This document shows, piece by piece, positions 9,201-17,680 of a stretch of DNA of 57,048 nucleotides (positions within the stretch are counted from its first letter, which is position 1; every line of letters begins with the position of its first letter). This DNA comes from a virus (taxonomy: Duplodnaviria > Caudoviricetes). The notes beneath the pieces are model-generated. The model did not search any database. It had not been told where the DNA came from and saw only the letters and a program-made list of their open reading frames with translations. The stretch lies in IMG/VR virus record IMGVR_UViG_3300046820_001085, positions 1-57,048 of that record. One strand, written 5' to 3'. A program made the position numbers and the translations under genes.

Positions 9201-10919
9201 ACTGATGATATTGCTGAAGGTACGACAAATGTATACTACACAGACACTCGTGCAAGATCCGCTTTAAGTGGTGGAAACAGTGGCACAGGTCACGGTAGCC
9301 TAAGCTATAACAGTGGTACTGGTGCATTTACATTTGCTAAAGTTACTGCAAGTAACATTCGCGGTGAACTAAGTGCAAACAAAGTCAGCGGTGATGGTAA
9401 CTTTAGCTATGACAGTACAACTGGTGTATTCAGTTATACAGGTCCAAGTGCAGCCGATACACGTCAACACTTCAGTGCAGTTGATGCTGGTGGTGATGGT
9501 AGCTTCAGCTACAATTCTGCAACTGGTGAATTCACATACACAGGTCCAAGCGCAAGCGAAGTCCGTGCTCACATTAGTGCAGTAACAGCCGAAGGTGTGA
9601 CATTTAGTGCAGGTGGTGCAATTGGTTTATCCAACGTTCCTAACAGCAGTTTAGCCAACAGTGATATCACAATCAACGGAACAACTATTGCCTTAGGTGG
9701 TAGCAATTCAATCGATACAGATGATGTAACTGAAGGTTCAACAAATCAGTACTTTACACAGGCTCGTGCTCGTACATCTTTAAGCAAGACAACATCTAAT
9801 GCTTCTATTTTCGACTATGATAGCACAACTGGTGCGTTCACATTTGACTTAACAGCAATGGACACAGATGATGTAGCTGAAGGCGCAACAAACTTGTACT
9901 TCTTAAACAGTCGTGCTCGTAGTGCAATCAGTGCAAGTTCTAACTGGTCTAATGTAAGTTATGACAACATAACTGGCGTTATTACTGTTACTGCCCCAGA
10001 TACAGATGATGTAACTGAAGGTTCAACAAATCAGTACTTTACACAGGCTCGTGCTCGTACAAGCGTAAGCTTAACAAGTGACAACCAAAGCGTATTGGCT
10101 TATGACAATACAACTGGCGTGTTCACATTCAATATGGCTAGCACAACAACAGATGATGTAACTGAAGGTTCAACAAACCTATACTTTACAACAGCTCGTG
10201 CTCGTAACAGCATTGGTAATGGTTCAAATATTGATTATAATGCATCAACTGGTATTATAAGCACACAGGCCGCTGTCTGGTCAGTTAACACACAAACTCA
10301 TGATGTAGTATTGGACACAGATGATATTAGCGAAGGTAGTACAAACCTATACTTCACTGATGCTCGTGCTCAGGCCGCTATTACTTTAACAAGTGATAAC
10401 AGCAACATTTTAAGTTATGCCGCAGGTGTGTTTACATTTGTAACTCCAGACACTGATGCAATTGCCGAAGGTGCAGTAAACTTATACTACACTGACACTC
10501 GTGCAGATGGCCGTATCGCAGCCGCAAGTGTATTTGACTTGTCTGACGTTGATTTGGGTGGAAACACACTAACTGACGGTTACACATTGGTTTGGTCTAG
10601 TGCATTAGGCAACTTTGTTCCACAGAACATTGCTGTTACAGCTACTACACTAAACTTTACAGGAACTGGTTCACAAACTAGCTTCAGTACTGGTGTTGAA
10701 GTAAGTTCAATTGATAACACGCAAGTTTTTATTAACGGTTTGATCCAAGCACCTACATACTCATATACATTGAGTACAGTAAGTGGTGTGTCAAGCATTG
10801 TGTTTGATGCCGCTCCAGAAGCCAACGATTACATCTTTGTTCGCGTAAGCTCTACTAGCACATTGACAGCTGGTGGTGTTCTAAACGAATCAAGTAACAT
10901 CGACGGTGGTACATACTAA
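6276..10919 (+). CDS. Long repetitive tail fibre / virion fibre protein (1547 aa)
   Basis: N-terminal GTPTSPT...TQIAST...APAVLDTLSELATAI fibre motif, roughly 20 TDDxxEGxTNLYxTxxRAR repeats and GNVT repeats. Confidence 0.8.
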   Translation: MPLIKARSSSIINDIDLRGTPTSPTANKGTNTTQIASTSFVTGAVSDLINSAPAVLDTLSELATAINDDQNFATTVANSIGTKVARAGDTLTGFLTLHADPSNLMHAATKNYVDSQINAQMIYSTDDVPEGSLNLYYTDARVRGAWSLQSDNTSVLDYDLVTGVLSYNHPLSDGILEGSTNLYYTDSRVRNAISLTSDDNQIFGYGAQTGAFTFTTPNTDKIVEGSTNLYFTTARARNSIGNGSNIDYNASTGTISTQAAVWSVNTQTHDVVLDTDDISEGTTNLYFTNGRATAAISLITDNSNILSYASGTGAFTFVTPNTDAISEGSTNLYYTNARARLAISDNSNWPNVSYDNTTGAITVNAPSTDDVTEGTTNQYFLNSRARNAVSLTSDNQSVLAYDPTTGVFTFSLGNQTTDDVAEGTTNLYFTTGRARASVSVTSSWNLLSYNSTSGEITLTTPDTDDVTEGSTNLYYTNTRARNAVSATQPSGDGAFSYDNTTGVFTYTGPDDADYRQAVSAYRASGDGNLSYDSMTGVFTYTGPSSAEVRAHFSATTSGTGYGGLTYDSVTGAFTYAKVTSSDIRGELSATTSGTGYGGLTYDSVTGVATFAKVTAANIRGELSATSASGVTYNSTTGVINLASIPNSSLTNSEVTVNGHAIALGASYTLDTDDIGEGATNKYWTQARFNTALAGKTTDDLAEGANLYYTQARFNSAFAAKDTSGLAEDPSATGTSGTQYFTTARARNTLSGGTGVTYTAGTGVIEIGQPVATTDNVTFNDVTVSGDLTVLGTLTSIQSNTVEINDLNLTLAKGSANAAQANGAGLTIDGAGATITYASGTDSWNFNKDVSITGGLSLTTTLTAPSFVGDLTGNVTGNVTGNLTGNVTGNVTGDITSTGTSSFSTVDINGGNIDGTVIGGATAAAITGTTITANTGFSGNLTGNVTGNVTGNVTGNVTGNLTGNVTGQVSDVSNHTTDDIAEGTTNVYYTDTRARSALSGGNSGTGHGSLSYNSGTGAFTFAKVTASNIRGELSANKVSGDGNFSYDSTTGVFSYTGPSAADTRQHFSAVDAGGDGSFSYNSATGEFTYTGPSASEVRAHISAVTAEGVTFSAGGAIGLSNVPNSSLANSDITINGTTIALGGSNSIDTDDVTEGSTNQYFTQARARTSLSKTTSNASIFDYDSTTGAFTFDLTAMDTDDVAEGATNLYFLNSRARSAISASSNWSNVSYDNITGVITVTAPDTDDVTEGSTNQYFTQARARTSVSLTSDNQSVLAYDNTTGVFTFNMASTTTDDVTEGSTNLYFTTARARNSIGNGSNIDYNASTGIISTQAAVWSVNTQTHDVVLDTDDISEGSTNLYFTDARAQAAITLTSDNSNILSYAAGVFTFVTPDTDAIAEGAVNLYYTDTRADGRIAAASVFDLSDVDLGGNTLTDGYTLVWSSALGNFVPQNIAVTATTLNFTGTGSQTSFSTGVEVSSIDNTQVFINGLIQAPTYSYTLSTVSGVSSIVFDAAPEANDYIFVRVSSTSTLTAGGVLNESSNIDGGTY
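6946..7118 (+). repeat. Intragenic duplicated module, copy 1 (copy 2 at about 10164-10338)
   Basis: Near-identical DNA encoding EGSTNLYFTTARARNSIGNGSNIDYNASTG.ISTQAAVWSVNTQTHDVVLDTDDISEG. Confidence 0.85.
7932..8089 (+). repeat. Direct repeat, about 53 bp identical, 105-bp period
   Basis: AGTGCTACAACAAGTGGTACTGGTTATGGTGGCTTGACATATGATAGCGTAAC at about 7932 and 8037. Confidence 0.85.
8878..9170 (+). repeat. Two tracts of 12-bp coding tandem repeats (GN[V/L]T)
   Basis: GGTAAYGTWACW-type units at about 8878-8952 and 9087-9170. Confidence 0.85.
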
Positions 10920-10938
10920 TTTTAACTGATTAGTACTC

Positions 10939-10968
10939 AAAGGGTGTAGTGAAAACTACACCCTTTTT
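10939..10968 (+). terminator. Intrinsic terminator
   Basis: AAAGGGTGTAGT-GAAA-ACTACACCCTTTTT. Confidence 0.9.
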
Positions 10969-11010
10969 CACTAAATAACGTATCGCTAAGAAGCACCAGG
11001 TTGCTAAAAA

Positions 11011-11511
11011 ATGCCAATTTTCCGCGGGAAAAACTTTGTAAGTGCTGTATCTGACTATAAAGATAGTGTCAGAGTCGCAGTTCGTTCCAATATAAACATA
11101 TCAGGAACCGTCTCTGTAGTTGACGGTGTTACTTTATCTGACAAAGATAGAGTGTTGGTTGCTGGCCAAAGTATTGCCACCCAGAATGGAATTTATGTAT
11201 GGTCCTCAGCAGATAGTAAACTAACCAGAGCAGAAGACGCAGATTCAATGTATGAATTAAGTGCCGGCAATCACATTTATGTTGAAGAAGGAAATACACA
11301 CTTAAAAAGTAATTGGGTTTTGATATCAACAGGTGTGATAGTTCCAGGTATTTCTAATATTGTATTTTCTAAAGAAAGCAGAGTTGGGCCAGTTGATTTG
11401 TCCGGCACATACGGCGCCGCAAATAAGTCTTTACAAATACAGTTAGAAGAATCTGGACAAGTTAACTCAATAACTGAAGTAGATATCGACTTAGATGGTG
11501 GTAGTTTCTAA
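11011..11511 (+). CDS. Tail fibre-related protein (short)
   Basis: KDSVRVA...VDGVTL...DRVLV..Q...QNGIYV...TRAED...VEEG is the N-terminal module of phage tail-fibre-related proteins. It ends in DGGSF, like the DGGTY ending of the previous gene. Confidence 0.65.
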   Translation: MPIFRGKNFVSAVSDYKDSVRVAVRSNINISGTVSVVDGVTLSDKDRVLVAGQSIATQNGIYVWSSADSKLTRAEDADSMYELSAGNHIYVEEGNTHLKSNWVLISTGVIVPGISNIVFSKESRVGPVDLSGTYGAANKSLQIQLEESGQVNSITEVDIDLDGGSF

Positions 11512-11638
11512 GATTACAATAGTATTACAACCATAATTAAACGGGCGTTTGAGCCCGTTTCTTATAGATCCAGGTAAATATTCACGAAGGGGTAATCTCG
11601 AGAAACTTACCCATTTCCGAAAGGGAGTATATACTCAA

Positions 11639-14600
11639 ATGGCCAATACAATTATTTTAAAGCGTAGTGCAACGCCAAGCAAAGTCCCAACGACTAGCCA
11701 GCTAGCATTAGGCGAAATTGCTATTAACACATATGACGGCTTGATTTACATCAAGAAAGATAATGGTACACCAAGTGTCGTTCAAATTGGTGGTGTTACT
11801 AGCGTAAACGGTGAAACAGGTTCAATTACATTATCCACTGATGATATCAGCGATAGTGGTCAAACCAACAAATGGTTCGCAAATTCTTTAGCTCGTGGCG
11901 CAATAAGTGCTGGTACAGGCATTAGCTACAACAGCGGTACTGGTGTTATCAGTACTGCACAAAGTATTACATCAAGTTCAAGCCCAACATTTGCTGGTTT
12001 AACATTAACTGGTAATATGGGCATTACTGGTAATATCATTCCAAGTGCAGACGTTACGTATGACTTAGGTAGTTCAACTAAGCAGTGGAAAGATATCTAC
12101 GTTGGTCCAGGTTCTTTGTATGTTAACGGACAGAAAGTTCTACAAGACGATTCTGGTACAATTACATTCAGTGCTGACGTGGACGAAAACATCCGTATCA
12201 AAACACTTGGTACAGGTATTTTACAATTAGGTTCTTCATCAACAACAATTCAAATTGATGGTACACTACAATTGTCAAGTGGCAAGCGTATTACTGATAG
12301 TGCTGGTACCAACGTTCAGTTCGGTAATCCGATCCACATGAACAGTAACAAGATTACTAACTTGGGTACACCGAGTTCTAATAATGATGCAGCCACAAAG
12401 GCTTATGTTGATACAGCAGTTAGCTCAATTAGTACAAGTACAATTAGCCAAGGTAACACTAACATTTCTGTTGTTGACACAGGTACAGGTCAAGTTCAAG
12501 TTAACGTTGACGGTACAACAGCTTTAACAGTTAGCGCAACAGGCGTTGTAGTTGCAGGTAACTTTACAGTTCAAGGTACAACAACAACTATTGAAGCCAA
12601 CACAATTAACTTGGCTGACAATATTATCACTTTAAACAGTGACACCACTGGTACACCAACACAAAACGCTGGTGTTGAAGTTGAGCGTGGCGACGAAGCA
12701 AATGTACAGTTACGTTGGAACGAAGGTTCACAAAAGTGGACATTCACTAACGATGGTGCAACTTATCAACCAATCGCCGCAACTACAACAGACTTGACAG
12801 AAGGTACAAACCAGTACTTTACTACAACTCGTGCTCGCGGTGCAGTAAGTTCAACTAGTGCAACTGGTGTTTCTTACAACAGTTCAACAGGTGTTATTAG
12901 TTTAGGTTCAATTCCAAACAGCGCACTAAGCAACAACAGCATTACAATCAACGGTACAAGCGTAGCACTAGGTGGCACACGTACTTTAGATACTGATGCA
13001 GTTAGCGAAGGTTCTACAAACACATACTTTACAAACACTCGCGCACGTGGTGCAGTAAGTGCTACAGCAGGCACAGGTTTAAGCTACAACAGCACAACTG
13101 GTGCATTTAGCTTGGCAAGTATTCCTAACTCAAGTTTGACAAACACAACAGTTACAGTTGGTACAACAGGTATTGCATTAGGTGCAACAAGTACAACACT
13201 AGCTGGTTTAACAAGTGTTACATCAACAGGCTTTACAGGTGCATTAAGTGGTAATGCTACAACAGCAACTACATTACAAAACGCTCGTACAATTAACGGC
13301 GTAAGTTTTGATGGTTCTGCAAACATTACAACATTGACAGCTGGTACAGGTATTAGCGTAAGCGGTACACAAGTTAGCTTAGACACATCAACATCTATTG
13401 ATAAGACAACTGCTCAAACATTGACTAACAAGTCTCTAAGCGACAGTTCAACATATATCATTGATGAAACTGATGCTACTAAGAAGTTACAGTTCCAAGT
13501 AAGTGGTATCACTACTGGTACAACACGTACACTAACAGCACCAGACGTAAGTGGTACAATTATCACAACTGGTGATACCGGTACAGTTACTAACACAATG
13601 TTAGCCGGTTCAATTGCTACAAGCAAGATCACTGGTTTAGCTACATCAGCAACAACTGATACAACAAATGCCGCTAATATTAGTTCTGGTACATTGCCAA
13701 ACGCACGTTTAGTTAGTGTTCCTGATAGCGCATTGGCTACAATTAGCACAGCTGGTAAAGTAAGCAATTCTGCTACAACAGCCGCAAGTGCTAATACAGC
13801 AAGTGCTATCGTTGCACGTGATGCAAGCGGTAACTTTACTGCTGGTACAATTACAGCTAATTTAACTGGTAACGTAACTGGTAATACAGCTGGTACACAT
13901 ACTGGTGCAGTAGTTGGTAACGCAAGTACAGCAACTACACTAGCAACAGCTCGTGCAATCCAAGGTGTAAACTTTGATGGTTCAGCGGCAATTACAGTTG
14001 TTACAGCTGGTACAGGTATTAGCGTAAGTGGTACAGCCGTTGCAGTTGATTCAACTATTGCTACTAAGTCTTACGTTGACTCAGCAGTACAAGGTAAAGA
14101 CAACACAGACGAAATCACTGAAGGTAGTACAAACCAATACTTTACAACAGCTCGTGCAAGAGCTGTAGTAAGTGCAAGTGGTGATTTAACTTATAGTAGT
14201 GCAACTGGTGTTATTAGTTTTACACAAAACAAAGCATGGAGTGTTATAACAGGTACACCAACAACAGTAGCTGGTTATGGCATCACTAATGCTTACACAA
14301 AAACTGAAGTTGATAGTGCTATTACTAACGCGGTTGCTGGGAAAGACAACACAGACGAAATTACTGAAGGTACAACTAACAAGTACTATACAGATGGTCG
14401 TGCAAGAGCCGCAGTAAGTGCAAGTGGTTCATTGAGCTACAACAGTTCTACTGGTGTATTCAGCTATACAACTCCAAGCACAAGTAGTATCAGTGAAGGT
14501 TCAAACTTGTATTACACAGATGGTCGTGCAAGAGCCGCAGTAAGTGCTGGTACAGGTATTTCTTACAACAGTTCAACTGGTGTTATCACTAACACAATTA

Positions 14601-15400
14601 CCAACAACAACCAACTTTCTAACGGTGCTGGTTATGTTACAAGTTCTGGTGTTACAGCAGTTACAGCAACTGGTCCAGTAGTATCAAGTGGTGGCACAAC
14701 TCCTGTAATTTCTATGGCAGCGGCAACAGCTTCTGTAGATGGTTACATGACGGCCGCATTTGCTTCTAAGTTAAACGGTATTGCCGCAGGCGCTACTAAC
14801 GTAACTAACACTAACCAGTTGACTAACGGCGCTGGTTATATCACTGGTATTACAAGTGGTAACGTAACAACAGCGTTAGGTTTCACACCATATAATAGTA
14901 CTAACCCAAGTGGATATGTCTCATCAAGCGGTGTTACCAGCGTTGCAACTGGTAACGGTTTAACTGGTGGTACAATTACTAGCACTGGTACACTAAGCCT
15001 AAGCGGTTCATACACTGGTACATGGGCAGTAACAGGTGGCATTACAGCTACTGGTGAAGTTACAGCTTACTTCTCTGATAAAAACTTGAAGAAGGATATT
15101 GTAGAAATTCAAGATCCAATTGCCAAGTTAATGAGCATTCGTGGTGTTACTTTCCGTCCTAACGAAACAGCTTTGGCTTTAGGTATTACTGATAAAGAAG
15201 AAGTTGGTGTTATTGCTCAAGAAGTTGAAGCAGTTTTACCACAATTAGTAACTCCAAGTGCTTTTGCAGGTTACAAAACTGTTAAGTATGACAAGTTAAC
15301 AGCATTACTAGTTGAAGCAGTAAAAGCGCAACAGCTACAAATCGATGCTTTAAGAGCAGAAATTGCTAAGTTAGGCGGTTCGGCGACAACTGAACTTTAA
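11639..15400 (+). CDS. Tail fibre/spike with an N-terminal Mtd-N-like domain and a C-terminal intramolecular chaperone (peptidase S74)
   Basis: Start reassigned to the ATG at 11639 (GGGAG RBS). N-terminus is MANTIILKRS...LALGEIAINTYDG. C-terminus has FSDKNLKKDI...GVIAQEV..VLPQLV...VKYDKL.ALLVEAVK and a coiled coil. Confidence 0.85.
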   Translation: MANTIILKRSATPSKVPTTSQLALGEIAINTYDGLIYIKKDNGTPSVVQIGGVTSVNGETGSITLSTDDISDSGQTNKWFANSLARGAISAGTGISYNSGTGVISTAQSITSSSSPTFAGLTLTGNMGITGNIIPSADVTYDLGSSTKQWKDIYVGPGSLYVNGQKVLQDDSGTITFSADVDENIRIKTLGTGILQLGSSSTTIQIDGTLQLSSGKRITDSAGTNVQFGNPIHMNSNKITNLGTPSSNNDAATKAYVDTAVSSISTSTISQGNTNISVVDTGTGQVQVNVDGTTALTVSATGVVVAGNFTVQGTTTTIEANTINLADNIITLNSDTTGTPTQNAGVEVERGDEANVQLRWNEGSQKWTFTNDGATYQPIAATTTDLTEGTNQYFTTTRARGAVSSTSATGVSYNSSTGVISLGSIPNSALSNNSITINGTSVALGGTRTLDTDAVSEGSTNTYFTNTRARGAVSATAGTGLSYNSTTGAFSLASIPNSSLTNTTVTVGTTGIALGATSTTLAGLTSVTSTGFTGALSGNATTATTLQNARTINGVSFDGSANITTLTAGTGISVSGTQVSLDTSTSIDKTTAQTLTNKSLSDSSTYIIDETDATKKLQFQVSGITTGTTRTLTAPDVSGTIITTGDTGTVTNTMLAGSIATSKITGLATSATTDTTNAANISSGTLPNARLVSVPDSALATISTAGKVSNSATTAASANTASAIVARDASGNFTAGTITANLTGNVTGNTAGTHTGAVVGNASTATTLATARAIQGVNFDGSAAITVVTAGTGISVSGTAVAVDSTIATKSYVDSAVQGKDNTDEITEGSTNQYFTTARARAVVSASGDLTYSSATGVISFTQNKAWSVITGTPTTVAGYGITNAYTKTEVDSAITNAVAGKDNTDEITEGTTNKYYTDGRARAAVSASGSLSYNSSTGVFSYTTPSTSSISEGSNLYYTDGRARAAVSAGTGISYNSSTGVITNTITNNNQLSNGAGYVTSSGVTAVTATGPVVSSGGTTPVISMAAATASVDGYMTAAFASKLNGIAAGATNVTNTNQLTNGAGYITGITSGNVTTALGFTPYNSTNPSGYVSSSGVTSVATGNGLTGGTITSTGTLSLSGSYTGTWAVTGGITATGEVTAYFSDKNLKKDIVEIQDPIAKLMSIRGVTFRPNETALALGITDKEEVGVIAQEVEAVLPQLVTPSAFAGYKTVKYDKLTALLVEAVKAQQLQIDALRAEIAKLGGSATTEL

Positions 15401-15430
15401 GATCTGGTAACTAGAAAAGGAGACTAAATT

Positions 15431-15622
15431 ATGGCAATCCTTCCAGCAACTGGATCAGCAATTACGTTTACAAACGTGCGTAAGGGTTATGGCAACACAA
15501 CCCCCGGCGCTGGCGCAAACGTAGCATTGCGTGGCACACTTGGCGGTTATGTTGGTATTAGCAGTGGTGCTATCAGTCTAAGTACAAACTTTGGCGGCAG
15601 AACAACTCCATACAATACATAA
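15431..15622 (+). CDS. Small fibre-associated protein
   Basis: 63 aa with an AGGAG RBS, Gly/Thr-rich, directly after the fibre gene. Confidence 0.7.
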   Translation: MAILPATGSAITFTNVRKGYGNTTPGAGANVALRGTLGGYVGISSGAISLSTNFGGRTTPYNT

Positions 15623-15635
15623 TAAGGCAAAAGGT

Positions 15636-15665
15636 AAAGAAAGGGCGGCAACGCCCTTTCTTTTT
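15636..15665 (+). terminator. Intrinsic terminator
   Basis: AAAGAAAGGGCG-GCAA-CGCCCTTTCTTTTT. Confidence 0.9.
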
Positions 15666-15715
15666 GGATAAATTTAATATAACACTATTGATACATAGTT
15701 AACAAGGAGCTCACA

Positions 15716-16228
15716 ATGGCACTAACACAATACGAAATCCTGGCAAAAACAAGAAACTTGCTAGGTCAGACACCATACAGAACAACATTCGAACGTGAAA
15801 ATTTTGTTTATGGTAATCTGTCAGGTCCTCGTTTATTAATCGAGTTATGTAAAGAAATCGAAAGATTAAATTCTGTACTTGATAGTTCAAAACAAGAATG
15901 GGAACGTTCTGCAATCTTAACAGAAATGGGCATCATTAGTGCTAAGATTGATGAAGTACAAAAAGAAGTTGGCAAAAATGTTGCCAAGGCATTAGAAGAT
16001 GCAGAAGGCGAATACTGGGTAGGTGAGCTAGCACGTAAAGCCGCAGTCGAAGCCATTTGCCAAACTGTAACAACAGAAAACATGGGTCAAATGTTAAAGC
16101 TACCAGCAGAGTTGTATGAAGACGCAATTACAAAGTGCCAAACTTTTTTAAATGTTATTAACAAAACAACTCGCTTGGCCGAACGCAAAGCAAATGTTTC
16201 TAACGTTAAATCTGATTCAGAAGAATAA
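15716..16228 (+). CDS. Hypothetical helical protein
   Basis: 170-aa ORF with an AAGGAG RBS, coupled to the glycosyltransferase gene by TAATG. Confidence 0.7.
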   Translation: MALTQYEILAKTRNLLGQTPYRTTFERENFVYGNLSGPRLLIELCKEIERLNSVLDSSKQEWERSAILTEMGIISAKIDEVQKEVGKNVAKALEDAEGEYWVGELARKAAVEAICQTVTTENMGQMLKLPAELYEDAITKCQTFLNVINKTTRLAERKANVSNVKSDSEE

Positions 16229-16884
16229 TGTTTGGTAAAAGCAAAAAAAACTTGTTTGATGTACAACCTGCACTAAGTGAGCAGGTTGTTATCTGCGTAC
16301 CAACAAATGGTATGGTACATTCGTTGTTTACATACTGTCTAGTTAATACTATACGTTATACTGAATCACAAGGTATTCCTGTTTTGCTAGACATGGACGC
16401 TGGCACGGTGTTAAGCAATCAGCGTCAAGTTTTACTAGATACCGCTATTAACAATCATCAAGCCGAACATATTATGTGGTTTGATAGTGATATGACGTTT
16501 CCAGAAGATGTTATTATTAAATTGTTGGAACATCGTAAAGAGGTAGTGTGCGCTACGTACTCAAAGCGAGTAGAGCCATTTCATCCCACAGCGTTTTCAA
16601 ACTTAGATCCAGTAGAAACAGTAGACACAAATGATCACGGGCTAGTGGAAGTAAGATATTCTGGTATGGGTTGCTTCTTAATGAAATCAAGTGCCGTTGA
16701 TGATATTCCTAGTCCGCATTTCCCGTTGACTTGGCATGCCCCAAGTGGCACTTGGCATGGTGAAGATATGGGATTATGTAACCTACTAGATGAGAATGGT
16801 ATTACAATTTATTGTGATTTAGATCTTAGTCGCGAGATTGGCCACATTGGTCAACAAGAGTTTTTTGTGAATCAGGCAAGCTAA
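16228..16884 (+). CDS. Glycosyltransferase, GT-A fold (family 2-like)
   Basis: VVICVP beta-strand, WFDSD (DxD) motif, GMGCFLM, GED catalytic motif and GHIG. Confidence 0.8.
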   Translation: MFGKSKKNLFDVQPALSEQVVICVPTNGMVHSLFTYCLVNTIRYTESQGIPVLLDMDAGTVLSNQRQVLLDTAINNHQAEHIMWFDSDMTFPEDVIIKLLEHRKEVVCATYSKRVEPFHPTAFSNLDPVETVDTNDHGLVEVRYSGMGCFLMKSSAVDDIPSPHFPLTWHAPSGTWHGEDMGLCNLLDENGITIYCDLDLSREIGHIGQQEFFVNQAS

Positions 16885-17257
16885 CAAAAAACGCACACCA
16901 GCGATTTAGTTTTTTAAGATTAACAGCGGCTGATATTTGGTATTCTGGATATGAGTCGTTGTTAATAACATCTCTCATTAGTGCGCCATCAATGAATGTG
17001 CTTTTAACAAGATGTGTTTTTAGTCGTTGATCATACAAAGCACTTAGCAACAATGGATGGTCCCACATTTCTTCGTGAACCATTCTTCTTATTTCCAAAT
17101 ACCAACGCTCAGTATAGCATACACTACTCTTGTATAGCTGATTAAGCAACGGATTAATTAAGTTTGGAGACCAACAAGCAATATAGGAAAGTTGTTGGTG
17201 CGGTCCTGTATAGACTACATTTTCTTGCTTGGTAGAATTTTTAATTACCCTTAGCAT
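16826..17257 (-). CDS. Hypothetical protein
   Basis: 143-aa ORF that overlaps the end of the NUDIX gene and, convergently, the end of the GT gene. Confidence 0.55.
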   Translation of the reverse strand: MLRVIKNSTKQENVVYTGPHQQLSYIACWSPNLINPLLNQLYKSSVCYTERWYLEIRRMVHEEMWDHPLLLSALYDQRLKTHLVKSTFIDGALMRDVINNDSYPEYQISAAVNLKKLNRWCAFFVSLPDSQKTLVDQCGQSRD

Positions 17258-17672
17258 CTTCCAACAGACCTTCTAACGCTTCTCGGAACCCACGACTACT
17301 AAACATCTTTGCTGTGTTTCTATGTAAAGGTTGTGGCCAATGCCATAAGTCAACCCAGCAATAGCCAGCACTCTCATGATCTATGATAGGGACAAATTCA
17401 TCTTCACACAAAATTAGATAGCTAACATGTCTAAAGCGTTTGTCTCTTGTGGTAAATGTATACACATGACTTACAGCAAGTGTATTAGGAACAGCAGGAA
17501 AACCAAGTTCTTCGCAAAGTTCACGTTTTAATCCCTCTAAGTCGCCTTCATCGTTTTCAAGCTTACCGCCCCAAAGTCCCCAGCACATGCTATGCGACTC
17601 GCTAGGGCTTCGCAATTGCATCATTGCTCTGCCTGTTTTCTTGCTAACAATAACTGCTCCAACTGCTCTCAT
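17241..17672 (-). CDS. NUDIX hydrolase
   Basis: Nudix box GGKLENDEGDLEGLKRELCEELG. Confidence 0.9.
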   Translation of the reverse strand: MRAVGAVIVSKKTGRAMMQLRSPSESHSMCWGLWGGKLENDEGDLEGLKRELCEELGFPAVPNTLAVSHVYTFTTRDKRFRHVSYLILCEDEFVPIIDHESAGYCWVDLWHWPQPLHRNTAKMFSSRGFREALEGLLEDAKGN

Positions 17673-17680
17673 ATATTAAT

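Noticed and set aside
11589-11638. Small hairpins and the GAGTATATACTC palindrome in the fibre gene leader as a riboswitch
   Set aside because: The stems are short and match no family I recognise, so there is not enough support from sequence alone.
11639-15400. Diversity-generating retroelement suggested by the Mtd-N-like N-terminus
   Set aside because: There is no reverse transcriptase in the window and no template/variable repeat pair differing only at adenines. The C-terminus is an S74 chaperone, not a C-type lectin variable region.
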